DNA of 46,467 nt from an uncultured Gammaproteobacteria bacterium (GTDB lineage: Bacteria > Patescibacteriota > Patescibacteriia > Magasanikbacterales > JBBTXJ01). The DNA lies in NCBI GenBank assembly GCA_964610305.1, contig CAZSVL010000007.1, positions 7,742-54,208 of the forward strand, in the 5' to 3' direction. A program made the position numbers and the translations under genes. Of the stretch, positions 9,329 to 19,311 are shown one piece after another (the first letter of the stretch is position 1; each line of letters opens with the position of its first letter). The notes beneath the pieces were generated by a model. The model was not told the DNA's origin. It did not search any database and worked only from the letters and a program-made list of their open reading frames with translations.

Positions 9329-9441
9329 GCTCCGCCCCCTTTGGGGGATCTCCCGAAGGGAGACAGGCCCGTATTCTATCCGTTGAACCCCGACGCCCAA
9401 AGGGGTCGGGGAGCCGACTGAAGCGTCGGCTCTACGAGCGC
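9329..9441 (-). pseudogene. 5' half of a tRNA-Arg relic interrupted by four short hairpins
   Basis: Removing the inserts gives GCGCTCGTAG-TTCAACGGATAGAATACGGGCCT-GCGGAGC, which matches the D and anticodon arms of the adjacent tRNA. Confidence 0.7.
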
Positions 9442-9442
9442 A

Positions 9443-9946
9443 CTACAATTTCAGCATCCGTCCAAGCTGGCTGGTCAGAGGCTCGTCATCCTTGTCTTCG
9501 GATTCCGGCAAATATTGTAGCAAAAGTTCTCTAATCTGTAAAGGGTCCAAGTTCCCCAGAGGAGCAGAAAATTCTCCAATGGTAAATACACCCGGCTGAA
9601 AATACACACGATGCACATTGCCCGGCTTGTATACTATCCAAAAATCATCAATCTCTCTATATTTCAAAAATTTTCTCCCAATTTTGATTCCCGCTGTGGT
9701 GATCTCGCAACTTACGTCCGGAGCGTCATTAACCTCCATCAAAAAATAAACAAGTGCTATCAAAATAATAACAACGCCAAAAATATAGTTAGCAGTCCAC
9801 AGAGAATAGAGCAGCAAAAGGCCAGCTGCTAATGTGGCAATAAAATACCACTTAGTACTTCTTTCCGGTGTCTCGTACTCCTCAAATGACCATCCCAAAA
9901 GCACATCTCCGTGGTGCTCAGAACGCTTTTTCTTTTTCTTAGCCAT
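9443..9946 (-). CDS. conserved CPR membrane protein (DUF5673-like, two TM segments plus PH-like domain)
   Basis: W..EEY..ERS..WY motif, two hydrophobic segments, ITTAGIKIG. Confidence 0.75.
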   Translation of the reverse strand: MAKKKKKRSEHHGDVLLGWSFEEYETPERSTKWYFIATLAAGLLLLYSLWTANYIFGVVIILIALVYFLMEVNDAPDVSCEITTAGIKIGRKFLKYREIDDFWIVYKPGNVHRVYFQPGVFTIGEFSAPLGNLDPLQIRELLLQYLPESEDKDDEPLTSQLGRMLKL

Positions 9947-9971
9947 AACGCAAGTATATCAAAAATTTGAC

Positions 9972-11612
9972 TTATTGCCCATAAATGTCTGCGTACGCTG
10001 CGCGGTATATCTCAAAGGCAATATCGCCACTGTTTGTGTTTACAAAATCAGGCACTATCTCTGCACTCACAAACTCCTGTTTAACTGCTTGCGCAAACTC
10101 GTCAGAGGTGCCATCATCTCGCTTGGTCTTGTCGGTAGCATGGATATAAATAAGCTCACCGTCTTTCTGCAGCTGCTCAATAAGCTCCGGGTTTAAATCC
10201 AGCTGATTCCACTGCTTGCTGCTGAGCAATGGCCACCCCTCTTGCAAGAGCCTCCTGTAAAAAACCCAAAAATATGTTTGATACCCCATTGTGTTATCGT
10301 AAATAAATATTAAGCGGAGCGGCTGACCGCTTTTTTCCGATCTCTTTGCTTGAATAAACTCCGTAACGCTTGGACGCAGATTAAAGGGCAAATAAGTACT
10401 AACGCGCCCTTGCGTCAACTCTCCCACACGCTCATTCAATGCAAAAATACCGTAATCTTTTCTTTCCAAGGCAGACGCGTACGTGAGAGACCTGTAGCCA
10501 TAAGGTCCACCGTAGTTATTCGCAAAAATAGAGTTAAACGCAAAGAGTAATTCAAAAATTATGACAGCTCCAATTACAAACTTCCGCCTAAGTTCAACTA
10601 CAAAAGCCGCAGCCAACATCGCCATAAACACCGTACTATAAAAGAAGAATCTACCGGCCGTATCTGCAAACCACACAAAAACAAGACTGGAAAGCAGCAT
10701 TAAGGTGGTAAATTTCCATCCAAAATGAATTTTCTTTTTTTTATCTATTGCAAAAAAGCCGATCGCTTGAATAGTGACAATAAATAGTATGGGGCTAATA
10801 TAATAAAAGAGGGATCTCATATCTGCCAAACGCTCCAGCGTAGATCCTCTTTGCTCTTTTCCCAACAGAACAAGCCATTGTGTTTTTTGCTTGAGCAATG
10901 TGGCAATCTGAACATCAAAATGCCCAACCGTTTTATAAAGCATTACATTGTAAATTATCACCGGAGAGACAACGGCCAGCAGCGGCACCATTGCACGCAT
11001 CCATGGCATTCTTTTTTTGTATATAACATAGGCAAAAACAGGAAGGAAAAAAAACGCAGTGTATTTTGCCAGAATTGCCGCGCCAAAAGCAGCCCCAAAC
11101 CATGGCACATACTTCTTATCTTCTAGTGCTTTTAAGAAAATCAAAGTGCTCAAAAGTATAAAAAAGAGCGTGACGGATTCCATCATAGAAGATCTACCGT
11201 AAGCGATCGCAAAATCGTTTACTGCCCATAGCGAGCTGGCAACCAAGCCCGTCTTTTTATCAAAAAGAAGAGATGCAATGTAAAACAGCACAATGACAGA
11301 TCCTATATCAAGCAGAGCAGAGGGCAATCTGGCTTGAGCAACACCAGACCCAAAAATCCTCTGAGAAACATGCTGCAGCATAAAAACTAACGGTGGATGA
11401 TCATGAAAAGATAGCTTTTGCCACCACGGCTGAACATCAAACCAATCCAGCGGCGTGGTCTGTAGCGGCGTTCCCAACGTGTCTACATAATCTATGGAGC
11501 GCACGCTATAAGCCGGCTCATCCCCTATTAAACCGTCGCTTCCCAAGGCAAATAAACGCAGACCAGCGGCCAACAAAACAATAAGTCCTAGAATTCTTTT
11601 CTCTCTGCTCAT
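9972..11612 (-). CDS. GT-C fold glycosyltransferase (ArnT/PMT, family 39/83-like)
   Basis: DE motif (GDEP), DHPPL, ARLPSA, LAKYTA, many TM segments. ATG 11612 preferred over GTG 11621. Confidence 0.85.
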   Translation of the reverse strand: MSREKRILGLIVLLAAGLRLFALGSDGLIGDEPAYSVRSIDYVDTLGTPLQTTPLDWFDVQPWWQKLSFHDHPPLVFMLQHVSQRIFGSGVAQARLPSALLDIGSVIVLFYIASLLFDKKTGLVASSLWAVNDFAIAYGRSSMMESVTLFFILLSTLIFLKALEDKKYVPWFGAAFGAAILAKYTAFFFLPVFAYVIYKKRMPWMRAMVPLLAVVSPVIIYNVMLYKTVGHFDVQIATLLKQKTQWLVLLGKEQRGSTLERLADMRSLFYYISPILFIVTIQAIGFFAIDKKKKIHFGWKFTTLMLLSSLVFVWFADTAGRFFFYSTVFMAMLAAAFVVELRRKFVIGAVIIFELLFAFNSIFANNYGGPYGYRSLTYASALERKDYGIFALNERVGELTQGRVSTYLPFNLRPSVTEFIQAKRSEKSGQPLRLIFIYDNTMGYQTYFWVFYRRLLQEGWPLLSSKQWNQLDLNPELIEQLQKDGELIYIHATDKTKRDDGTSDEFAQAVKQEFVSAEIVPDFVNTNSGDIAFEIYRAAYADIYGQ

Positions 11613-11666
11613 CACACTCACCTTACCAAAGTTGGCAAAAACAAAAAAGCGCCGAAGCGCTAATCT

Positions 11667-12395
11667 TTAAAGTGCGGATGCGATACTCTCCGCTACTGCT
11701 TGCGCAGCCTCAACCTTATTTTTAGCCTGCGTAATCGTGCGACCCACCACAAGCATGTGCGCGCCAGCCTCTATGGCGCCAGCGGGCGTGCTAATGCGCG
11801 CTTGGTCATCTGTGCCATCTTCTGGCAAGCGAATCCCTGGCGTCACAGGATTTAGTCCTGCTTCTCTGACAATCGCGGCTTCTTTGGGACTACAGACGAT
11901 CCCTCTGACTCCAACGCTTTTTGCCATGGCCGCAAACTGAGCAACCTTCTGCCCTGGCTCATCGCCAAAGATAGAGACGCATTGATCGCTATCAACAGAA
12001 GTCAAAACCGTAACCGCCAAAACCTTTCCTCCACCCAAGGCGCTTACGGCTTTTCTCATGGCCTGCTCTCCACCACTGGCATGCACGGTTGCGTAAAGAG
12101 GCTCTACTTTTGAAAGCTTCCCAGCCGCGCCGCCTACTGTATTGGGAATATCATGGAGTTTGAAATCCCACATAATTCTTCCCTTAGCTGAGGAAAGAAA
12201 CTTTCTGCCAGCCTTCAGAGATCTAACCGCTCGCTCAAGCCGCTCCTCAATGTGAGGGTCTAAAAGCATTGACATTCCCAGCTGCAAGCCAAGTTTAATA
12301 CCCCCAACATGACCGCGCAGCTCCTCCCACAAATGAAGCGCTGCAAATGCTGTATCAACGTCAGCCGCTACAATGATTCTCTCGTGTGGTTTCAC
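11667..12395 (-). CDS. pyrF: orotidine-5'-phosphate decarboxylase
   Basis: IIVAAD, DFKLHDIPNT, TVHASGG, VTVLTS, TPGIR, DDQ, VVGRTIT. GTG start overlaps the pyrE stop (GTGA) with a GGAGG SD. Confidence 0.95.
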   Translation of the reverse strand: MKPHERIIVAADVDTAFAALHLWEELRGHVGGIKLGLQLGMSMLLDPHIEERLERAVRSLKAGRKFLSSAKGRIMWDFKLHDIPNTVGGAAGKLSKVEPLYATVHASGGEQAMRKAVSALGGGKVLAVTVLTSVDSDQCVSIFGDEPGQKVAQFAAMAKSVGVRGIVCSPKEAAIVREAGLNPVTPGIRLPEDGTDDQARISTPAGAIEAGAHMLVVGRTITQAKNKVEAAQAVAESIASAL

Positions 12396-13027
12396 CAAGA
12401 ACCTCCCTGAGCCAGATATGCTTCTCCGTGGCCAAAATCGGTGTTGATTGGCACTTTGTCTGCGCACAACGGACACTCATCCTCTGCAAAGTCACCAAAA
12501 CTTTTATTCACCGTAGAGATCAACAGTGCAGATGCCACATGCTCTGCACTCAAGCTGCCACGATTCCAGAGTGCTCCCGTAGCTACCGGCATACCGCCAG
12601 CGTTTAAAATAGCGTCCACCACCAAACGCGTGGTTTTGCCGGTGGTCAAAATATCTTCTACAACTACCACGTTTTTATCGGCAACACGATCAGCCCAGTC
12701 ATACGGGAAAGCAAAAGATCCGTCTTCTTGCTTGTCCACACGAATCGCCTGAACAACCTTGGCAACGGTAGAGAGTTCAAATGCAAGGGCATGCGCCAAT
12801 GTAATGGCGCCCATTGCAGGTCCCACCACCACATCCACACTAACCTCCTGTGCTCTCAACTCATCGGCAATCATCCCACAAAGATCATGCACCGCCATCA
12901 CGTTGGGCAAAGCATTTGTTTTTGCAACATAGTGATACCCATGCCTACCAGATGTGTAGACAAAATGCCCCGTCTTAAGCACACCCAATTCTTTCAAAAT
13001 CTGCTCAGCTGCCCTTTGCTCTTCCAT
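12392..13027 (-). CDS. pyrE: orotate phosphoribosyltransferase
   Basis: GHFVYTSGRH, PRPP motif VVVEDILTTGKT, adjacent to pyrF. Confidence 0.92.
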   Translation of the reverse strand: MEEQRAAEQILKELGVLKTGHFVYTSGRHGYHYVAKTNALPNVMAVHDLCGMIADELRAQEVSVDVVVGPAMGAITLAHALAFELSTVAKVVQAIRVDKQEDGSFAFPYDWADRVADKNVVVVEDILTTGKTTRLVVDAILNAGGMPVATGALWNRGSLSAEHVASALLISTVNKSFGDFAEDECPLCADKVPINTDFGHGEAYLAQGGSW

Positions 13028-13056
13028 TGCGCCTCCAACGCTGCTTGTGCATCGCT

Positions 13057-13085
13057 AGTGTAGTAAACACAGCCAAAAAAGTCAA
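13057..13085 (-). promoter_or_regulatory. sigma70-type promoter of pyrE-pyrF
   Basis: Minus strand TTGACT-17 nt-TACACT. Confidence 0.65.
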
Positions 13086-13145
13086 CATCCTTGCGATAAA
13101 AAAATAGTTTTGCTAAGCTGTGGTCGTGCTAAAAAGGAGGAAAAC

Positions 13146-13892
13146 ATGCGCACACCTAAGAAGCTCTTTGTAACAGATATTGACGGCACGTTTATCAGAA
13201 GCTCGCTTTTGATTGAGCTGTGCTATGAGCTCATCAAAAGAGGCATCTTCCCAGAAGAAGCTGCCAGAGACCTTAGTCATACCAGAGATCAGTGGGAGCG
13301 CCGACAGGGCGAGTACGATGACTACATCATGGCCGTGGTAGATGTGTATTACCACTTCATTAAGGGCTGCAGTATTGCCGATGTTAGCTACATTGGGAAA
13401 ATGGTTGCAGAGTGGCAACGCTTCCGCGTCTACTGTTTTACGCGGGATCTGATTACTTACTTTGTAAATCAGCCAGACTACTACTGCGTAGCTATCTCCG
13501 GCTCACCCGGCCCCATCGTACGCCCCTTTTCCAACATGTGGGGCTTTGATGAAGTCCACTGCTCAGAGGCAAGAGAACTTCCAGACGGAAGCTTCGGAGA
13601 TCGTACCAGCTTTACCTATGATGGGAAGGATAGAATCATTAGGGAAATTCTTGAGAATGATGACTCTCTCACCCTAGAGGGCTCGGTTGGTATGGGTGAC
13701 ACCGTAGGAGATCAATCTTTCCTAGAAATGATGACCCACGCCATCGCCTTTAATCCAGAGGAAGGATTTGCACGCGCAATTCTGGAGGCTCAGCCGCCTT
13801 CCCCAATGCAAATTGTGGTGGAGCGTAAAAGTGTTGCCTGGCAAGCAGGCAAGATCATTACCGCTTCTGCCTGGCTACGCTCAATAAAGTAA
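13146..13892 (+). CDS. HAD-IB family phosphatase (SerB-like)
   Basis: DIDGT motif I, ISGS motif II, K, GDTVGD motif IV. SD AAGGAGG before ATG 13146. Confidence 0.88.
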   Translation: MRTPKKLFVTDIDGTFIRSSLLIELCYELIKRGIFPEEAARDLSHTRDQWERRQGEYDDYIMAVVDVYYHFIKGCSIADVSYIGKMVAEWQRFRVYCFTRDLITYFVNQPDYYCVAISGSPGPIVRPFSNMWGFDEVHCSEARELPDGSFGDRTSFTYDGKDRIIREILENDDSLTLEGSVGMGDTVGDQSFLEMMTHAIAFNPEEGFARAILEAQPPSPMQIVVERKSVAWQAGKIITASAWLRSIK

Positions 13893-13957
13893 ATATCGCC
13901 GCTTTTCCAGCGGCTTTTTCTTTACGCAATAGCGGCTCTGCGCTATACTAGGCCAGC

Positions 13958-15379
13958 ATGCAACACGGCACTAATTTTCTGCAACCAAAAAACAGAGAGG
14001 AAAAACAAGGCGGCAGCGCGAAATTTGTTGTTATACTCGCGCTTATTTTTGTTTTAGGAATTGGTGGATACATAGTAGTTGGAGCGCGCGGGGCTGAAGA
14101 TACACGCATATCTGATCCTTCTGCTGCTGCTGATTTTGGCTCTTCTACCCATCGATTTTTCCGCAGGCTCAAATCTTTCTTTAGCGGCGGCTTTGCAGGC
14201 ATAGAAAGTGAAAAAAGAGATCGCATAAATGTGCTGCTCCTTGGCATGGGAGGCTTGGGACATGATGGCCCCTTTCTTACTGACACCATCATCATGGCCA
14301 GCATAAAACCCTCTACCGGCCAAGTGTCCATGCTCTCTATTCCCCGCGATACGGCTGCGCCCATTCCCGGCTACGGTTGGTATAAAATAAACCACGCCAA
14401 CCATTTTGGAGAACAAGAAAAGCCCGGAAAAGGCGGAGAGTTGGCGTCTGCCGTAGTAAAGGACATTTTGGATGAACCAATAGATTATTACATGCGGGTA
14501 GACTTTAGCGCTTTTGAAGAGCTTATAGATGAGGTTGGTGGGGTGGAAATCCAAGTGGAACGATCATTTGTGGATCAACGCTTCCCTGATGGAAAAGACA
14601 AAACAAAAGTGGTCAGTTTTGAAAAAGGATCAGAGCAAATGGACGGCCAGCGCGCTCTTACTTTTGCCCGATCACGGCACGGCACTAATGGAGAAGGTTC
14701 AGATTTTGCGCGAGCCGCACGGCAGCAAAAAGTGCTTCTTGCGCTGAAAGAAAAAGTGCTCTCACTGGGGACCATAGCAAATCCGGTTCGGATAAAAAGA
14801 ATAATGGGCACGCTGAAAAATCACATGAGCACCAACGCAAGCGTTGGCAACATTGTTAAATTTATTTCTCTTGCGCAAAATATAGATATTAATGCCATTC
14901 ACACGCACGTTCTTACCAATGCAGAAAATGGTATGCTGAAAAATGCCACGATAAACGGAAACTTTTTGCTTGTTCCACGCATTGGCCAAGGAAATTATAG
15001 CGCTATAGCGGAGTTGGTAGAAAATATGTTTGATCAAGAAGCCGCGCCTGTTCCGCTTGCGCCAGAGCCCACTGCCCCACCAGGCGCGCTCCATGTTGCG
15101 GTTTACAATGGTACGGTTAGCGGGGGCTTAGCGGCGCGTTGGCAAAAATGGCTTCAGGAAGAAGGTTTTGGCGTTCCTGTCATAGGAAACACCATTGAAC
15201 GCCCGTTTCCGGCTACAGAAATTATTTTGCTGGATGAGACCGCAAAAGAATCAGCACAAAATCTAGTAGATCTTTTTGGCACACCGTATAGTGTTGCCAC
15301 CAGCACAGAAAAAATAGATGTTGTGCCAGAGGTACAGGCGCTTATACTCCTGGGAATAGACGCAACAGAACCGTATTAA
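13958..15379 (+). CDS. LCP (LytR-CpsA-Psr) family protein with C-terminal LytR_C domain
   Basis: TM anchor, TDTII, SIPRD, KINHA, RSRH..SDFARAARQQ, C-terminal VYNGT..GLA. Confidence 0.93.
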   Translation: MQHGTNFLQPKNREEKQGGSAKFVVILALIFVLGIGGYIVVGARGAEDTRISDPSAAADFGSSTHRFFRRLKSFFSGGFAGIESEKRDRINVLLLGMGGLGHDGPFLTDTIIMASIKPSTGQVSMLSIPRDTAAPIPGYGWYKINHANHFGEQEKPGKGGELASAVVKDILDEPIDYYMRVDFSAFEELIDEVGGVEIQVERSFVDQRFPDGKDKTKVVSFEKGSEQMDGQRALTFARSRHGTNGEGSDFARAARQQKVLLALKEKVLSLGTIANPVRIKRIMGTLKNHMSTNASVGNIVKFISLAQNIDINAIHTHVLTNAENGMLKNATINGNFLLVPRIGQGNYSAIAELVENMFDQEAAPVPLAPEPTAPPGALHVAVYNGTVSGGLAARWQKWLQEEGFGVPVIGNTIERPFPATEIILLDETAKESAQNLVDLFGTPYSVATSTEKIDVVPEVQALILLGIDATEPY

Positions 15380-15425
15380 CCCCGAAAGTCTGGCTTTTTT
15401 ACATAAATAGTGCTATGCTGCTGCT

Positions 15426-16799
15426 ATGGCAGGCAAGGCAAAAATAAAAAAAGAAGGAATCCCCACTATAGCTCTAGTGGGGCGTGTTAATGTTGGAAAA
15501 AGCACGCTTTTTAATAAAGTAACGGAAACTACGCAGGCGCTAGTCTCTAACGTCCCCGGAACCACTAGAACGCGCAACATTGCCCATGCCTGGTGGCGCG
15601 GCGCTCCGCTTAAATTAGTAGACACCGGCGGCCTCACCTTTGACGATACCGTACTTTTGGAAAAAGAAATCATAAAACAGACAGAAATAGCCATAAAAGA
15701 AGCCGACCTTATTTTATTTGTGGTAGATGTCCTCACCGGAATCCTTCCACAGGAACGAGAGCTTGCAAAAAGGCTACGGAAACTAAAAAAACCAATCATT
15801 TTGGTAGGAAACAAAGCTGATAGCCCAAAAAAAGAGTTGCAATCATACTCTGGCGGATGGCAAGCCCTTGGATTTGGAGAGCCGCTTCTTGTTTCTGCCT
15901 CTAGCGGACGCCGTGTGGGGGATCTTTTAGATGAAGTTTACGATGCACTTCCAAAAAAAGCTATGCCAGACTTTGATGAAGAAGATGCCATAAAAGTAGC
16001 TATCATTGGAAAGCCAAACGTAGGAAAATCATCTTTGTTTAATGCGCTCGTAGGAGAAGACCGCGTAATTGTCTCTCCCATGGCCCACACCACTCGGGAA
16101 CCTCACGATACTCTTGTAGTCTGGGATGGAACACCTATAAAATTTATTGATACCGCTGGAATCAGAAGGCCGGCACGCATGAAGGCTGGATTAGAAAAAG
16201 ATGGCGTTAAAAAAAGCCTTAAAACGCTGACAAAAGCTGATATTGCTCTTTTGGTAATAGATTCCACCGATGATCTCTCTGCACAAGAAAAACGTCTTGC
16301 CGCTGAATTAGAGGAACATGCCGTAGGAACCATCATCATCATAAACAAATGGGACATGGTTGCTGATGGCGGCACCGCTCCAGCCAGAAATGCAGCAAGG
16401 CAGCAGTTGCAAGGACACTTCCCTTTTGCCACACATGCGCCCATCACCTTTACGTCAGCCTTGAACAAAAAAGGTGTTCATACTATTTTGCCACTTATTA
16501 AAAAAGTTGATGAGGCCAGAAAGCGAGAGCTCTCAGAAGATCAGCTCCAAACTTTTTTCAGAGACGTACTGCGCAGGCACAAACCAGCACGCGGAAAGGG
16601 AACAAAGCACCCACGGCTTACCAGCTTTACTCAAATTGCCACCAACCCACCCGTTTTTGAGCTGCGCGTAAAATCTAACACCTCACTCCACAGAAGCTAT
16701 GTTAACTACCTCAAGAATCAATTACGCAAGCAGTTTGATTTTACCGGCGCACCTATTATAATAAAGCTACGCAAAAATAGAACTTCTAACACTACATGA
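15426..16799 (+). CDS. der: ribosome biogenesis GTPase Der (EngA)
   Basis: Two GTPase domains (GRVNVGKS, GKPNVGKS; DTGG/DTAG; NKAD/NKWD) and a KH-like tail. Confidence 0.97.
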   Translation: MAGKAKIKKEGIPTIALVGRVNVGKSTLFNKVTETTQALVSNVPGTTRTRNIAHAWWRGAPLKLVDTGGLTFDDTVLLEKEIIKQTEIAIKEADLILFVVDVLTGILPQERELAKRLRKLKKPIILVGNKADSPKKELQSYSGGWQALGFGEPLLVSASSGRRVGDLLDEVYDALPKKAMPDFDEEDAIKVAIIGKPNVGKSSLFNALVGEDRVIVSPMAHTTREPHDTLVVWDGTPIKFIDTAGIRRPARMKAGLEKDGVKKSLKTLTKADIALLVIDSTDDLSAQEKRLAAELEEHAVGTIIIINKWDMVADGGTAPARNAARQQLQGHFPFATHAPITFTSALNKKGVHTILPLIKKVDEARKRELSEDQLQTFFRDVLRRHKPARGKGTKHPRLTSFTQIATNPPVFELRVKSNTSLHRSYVNYLKNQLRKQFDFTGAPIIIKLRKNRTSNTT

Positions 16800-17317
16800 A
16801 ACTAATTGTTGGTCTAGGTAATCCAGGAAAAAAGTACGAAAAAACGCGTCATAACGTTGGTTTTATAGTTCTTGACGCTCTAGCTGGAAATGCTCATTGG
16901 GGAAAAAGCAAAAATCTGAAGGCTGAATACATTAAAACAAGCATTGAAAATCAAAATGTACAGCTTCTTAAGCCGCAGACGTTTATGAACGAATCCGGAT
17001 CTGCCGTGGCTGCCGCTGCCAACAAAAATGGCACCGAGCCGGATGACATTTTGGTCATTCATGATGATATTGATATTCCTCTGGGAGAGATCAAAGTACA
17101 ATCAGATAAAAGCGCAGCTGGACATAACGGCATCAAATCAATAATCCAACATTTAGGAACACAAGAGTTCACCAGAATTCGTGTAGGCGTTAAGCCCTCC
17201 AGACAAATAGGAGACGCCTCAAAATTTGTACTTGGCAGGTTTGGCATTTTTGAAAAGCGAAAACTAAGCAGCAGCATCCGTGCAGCGATAGAGGCTACTG
17301 AAAACTGGCTAGCGTAA
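16796..17317 (+). CDS. pth: peptidyl-tRNA hydrolase
   Basis: LIVGLGNPG, TRHNVGF, KPQTFMN, HDDID, GHNG. Confidence 0.97.
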   Translation: MKLIVGLGNPGKKYEKTRHNVGFIVLDALAGNAHWGKSKNLKAEYIKTSIENQNVQLLKPQTFMNESGSAVAAAANKNGTEPDDILVIHDDIDIPLGEIKVQSDKSAAGHNGIKSIIQHLGTQEFTRIRVGVKPSRQIGDASKFVLGRFGIFEKRKLSSSIRAAIEATENWLA

Positions 17318-17318
17318 T

Positions 17319-17978
17319 ATGAAAAAGGGGGTATTTGTAATTCTTGCAGTAGCACTCGCCACTGTTTTTTTGTTTGTTAACAGAAGGCACTTTGGGAACC
17401 CTCAATACAAAAATTGTGAAAGAAACACATCTCCTCAATTTTCTCACCATATCGCAGATACAAAAGATATTTGGATGGTTACTCCGCCGGGCGGGACTAA
17501 TCCACAAGGAGATTTTAAAGCGCATTCATATTTGTGGCTATACGAAGGAACTGGCCCCGTTGCCGTCTATGCGCCCGTTGACATGACACTGAGCGGAGGA
17601 GCCTTTTACAAAGAATTTGGCGAGCTCAATTACACACTTCGCTTTAGAGTAACCTGCGAAATATATCTAAAAATTGATCACATAAAACAGGCAGTGCCCC
17701 CTATTGCAACCGCTCTTCCCCAAATTCCCGCAATCAATGACACGCACGATCAGCACTTAAAAAATGAAATTGAATTTAATGCAGGAGATCTCATAGGTTA
17801 TGTGGGTGGAAAAAATGCACACAACTGGGACTTTGGTGTTTATAATTCCACCGCAGGAACCAGAGAAAACGGCCAGTGCCCCTTTGATTTCTACCCACCA
17901 GAGATGGCTAAATTTTATACCGACAGATTCATAGGTATAACCGGAAACGGCCCTCCACCAACACTCTATTGCGAATAA
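17319..17978 (+). CDS. exported hypothetical protein, possible degenerate M23-like fold
   Basis: N-terminal signal/TM segment; VYAPVD...AGDLIGYVG...DFGV pattern. Confidence 0.65.
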   Translation: MKKGVFVILAVALATVFLFVNRRHFGNPQYKNCERNTSPQFSHHIADTKDIWMVTPPGGTNPQGDFKAHSYLWLYEGTGPVAVYAPVDMTLSGGAFYKEFGELNYTLRFRVTCEIYLKIDHIKQAVPPIATALPQIPAINDTHDQHLKNEIEFNAGDLIGYVGGKNAHNWDFGVYNSTAGTRENGQCPFDFYPPEMAKFYTDRFIGITGNGPPPTLYCE

Positions 17979-18001
17979 AAAAGCCGGAGACATCTCCGGT
18001 T

Positions 18002-18394
18002 TTAGTATACAAACCATACTACTAGACCTGTTTGAGCAAGAAGCAAAATATAGGTCTGACTAAGAGCCATCTCAATACGCTCACTGCTTACAATAATGGC
18101 AAGCCATAGCAAAACTACCACTAATAGAAAGGTAAAAAATGGAACACTTAGTGGGAATATCTCTATAACACACAACGGCCCCACAGCAGCACAATACGCT
18201 GCAATAACCGGCATTCCCCAACGCACCATTCCTACTGACAAAATCAGCATAAGAACAAGACCAATATTGGCTACCACTTCCAACTGCACAACGCGCAGGC
18301 AAGCGGCAGCAACTAAGACAAACGCAGTGGTCCACAATTGATGCTTAACCAATCGCCAATAAGGCCAGGAAGACGGGAACAGACTTTCTGACAT
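18002..18394 (-). CDS. hypothetical multi-TM membrane protein
   Basis: Hydrophobic ORF; AAGGAG upstream of ATG 18394. Confidence 0.6.
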   Translation of the reverse strand: MSESLFPSSWPYWRLVKHQLWTTAFVLVAAACLRVVQLEVVANIGLVLMLILSVGMVRWGMPVIAAYCAAVGPLCVIEIFPLSVPFFTFLLVVVLLWLAIIVSSERIEMALSQTYILLLAQTGLVVWFVY

Positions 18395-18456
18395 TTCATC
18401 TCCTTTTTTTAATGAACAGCAGTGCTGTATACTAGCATTAGCGCCATAAAAAATCA

Positions 18457-19311
18457 ATGATTAAAATTCTTTCAAGCAGCAAACAATACTCTCCCTTGCT
18501 TAAAGAGATAGCAGACGCTCCTGCATCTTTTTTTCTACGTGGAGATCTGCCAGATCAAAATCTGCCTACCATTGCTATTGTAGGGACGCGGCGACTCACT
18601 CGCTATGGAAAGCAGTGGACAGAAAAAATATCACTAGAGCTGGCCAGAGCAGGTATTGTCATAGTCTCCGGATTAGCCCGTGGCATAGACACCATCGCCC
18701 ACAAGGCAGCGCTAGAAGCGGGCATGCCCACGGTTGCGGTACTAGGAACCGGCATAGATGACAAAAGCATTTTTCCAAAGCAAAATCTGCAGCTAGCGCA
18801 TGACATTATTGACAACGGAGGCGCACTGCTGTCAGAATACCCTGCAGGGACGCATGGAACAAAATATACGTTTCCGGCACGCAACAGAATTGTCGCCGGC
18901 ATGTCACTGGGAACACTTGTAATGGAAGCACCCGTAAAATCAGGCGCGCTCATTACCGCCAGACTAGCCCTAGATTACAACAGAGAAGTTATGGCCATCC
19001 CCCATCCGCTTGGTACATGGACAGGAGAGGGAAATAATAATATTCTCAGAAAAGGTGCTCATTTAATAAGATGTGCAGAGGATGTTATAAAAATCCTAAA
19101 TCTAGAGGAAAAACTAAATGCTACACCCGCATATGTAGAACAAAATGATTCAGAAAAAGCTATACTGTCAATTCTCACTGAACCACTCCACATTGATCTA
19201 ATCATTGAAAAGGCAAAGCTCCCGCAGCAAGACGCTATGACCACACTCACCATGTTGGAACTCAAGGGCGTGGTGCATAATCACGGTGATATGACATTTT
19301 CTAAACAATGA
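18457..19311 (+). CDS. dprA: DNA-processing protein DprA
   Basis: AIVGTR, VSGLARGID, FPARNRIVAG, SGALITA, C-terminal winged helix. Confidence 0.96.
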   Translation: MIKILSSSKQYSPLLKEIADAPASFFLRGDLPDQNLPTIAIVGTRRLTRYGKQWTEKISLELARAGIVIVSGLARGIDTIAHKAALEAGMPTVAVLGTGIDDKSIFPKQNLQLAHDIIDNGGALLSEYPAGTHGTKYTFPARNRIVAGMSLGTLVMEAPVKSGALITARLALDYNREVMAIPHPLGTWTGEGNNNILRKGAHLIRCAEDVIKILNLEEKLNATPAYVEQNDSEKAILSILTEPLHIDLIIEKAKLPQQDAMTTLTMLELKGVVHNHGDMTFSKQ

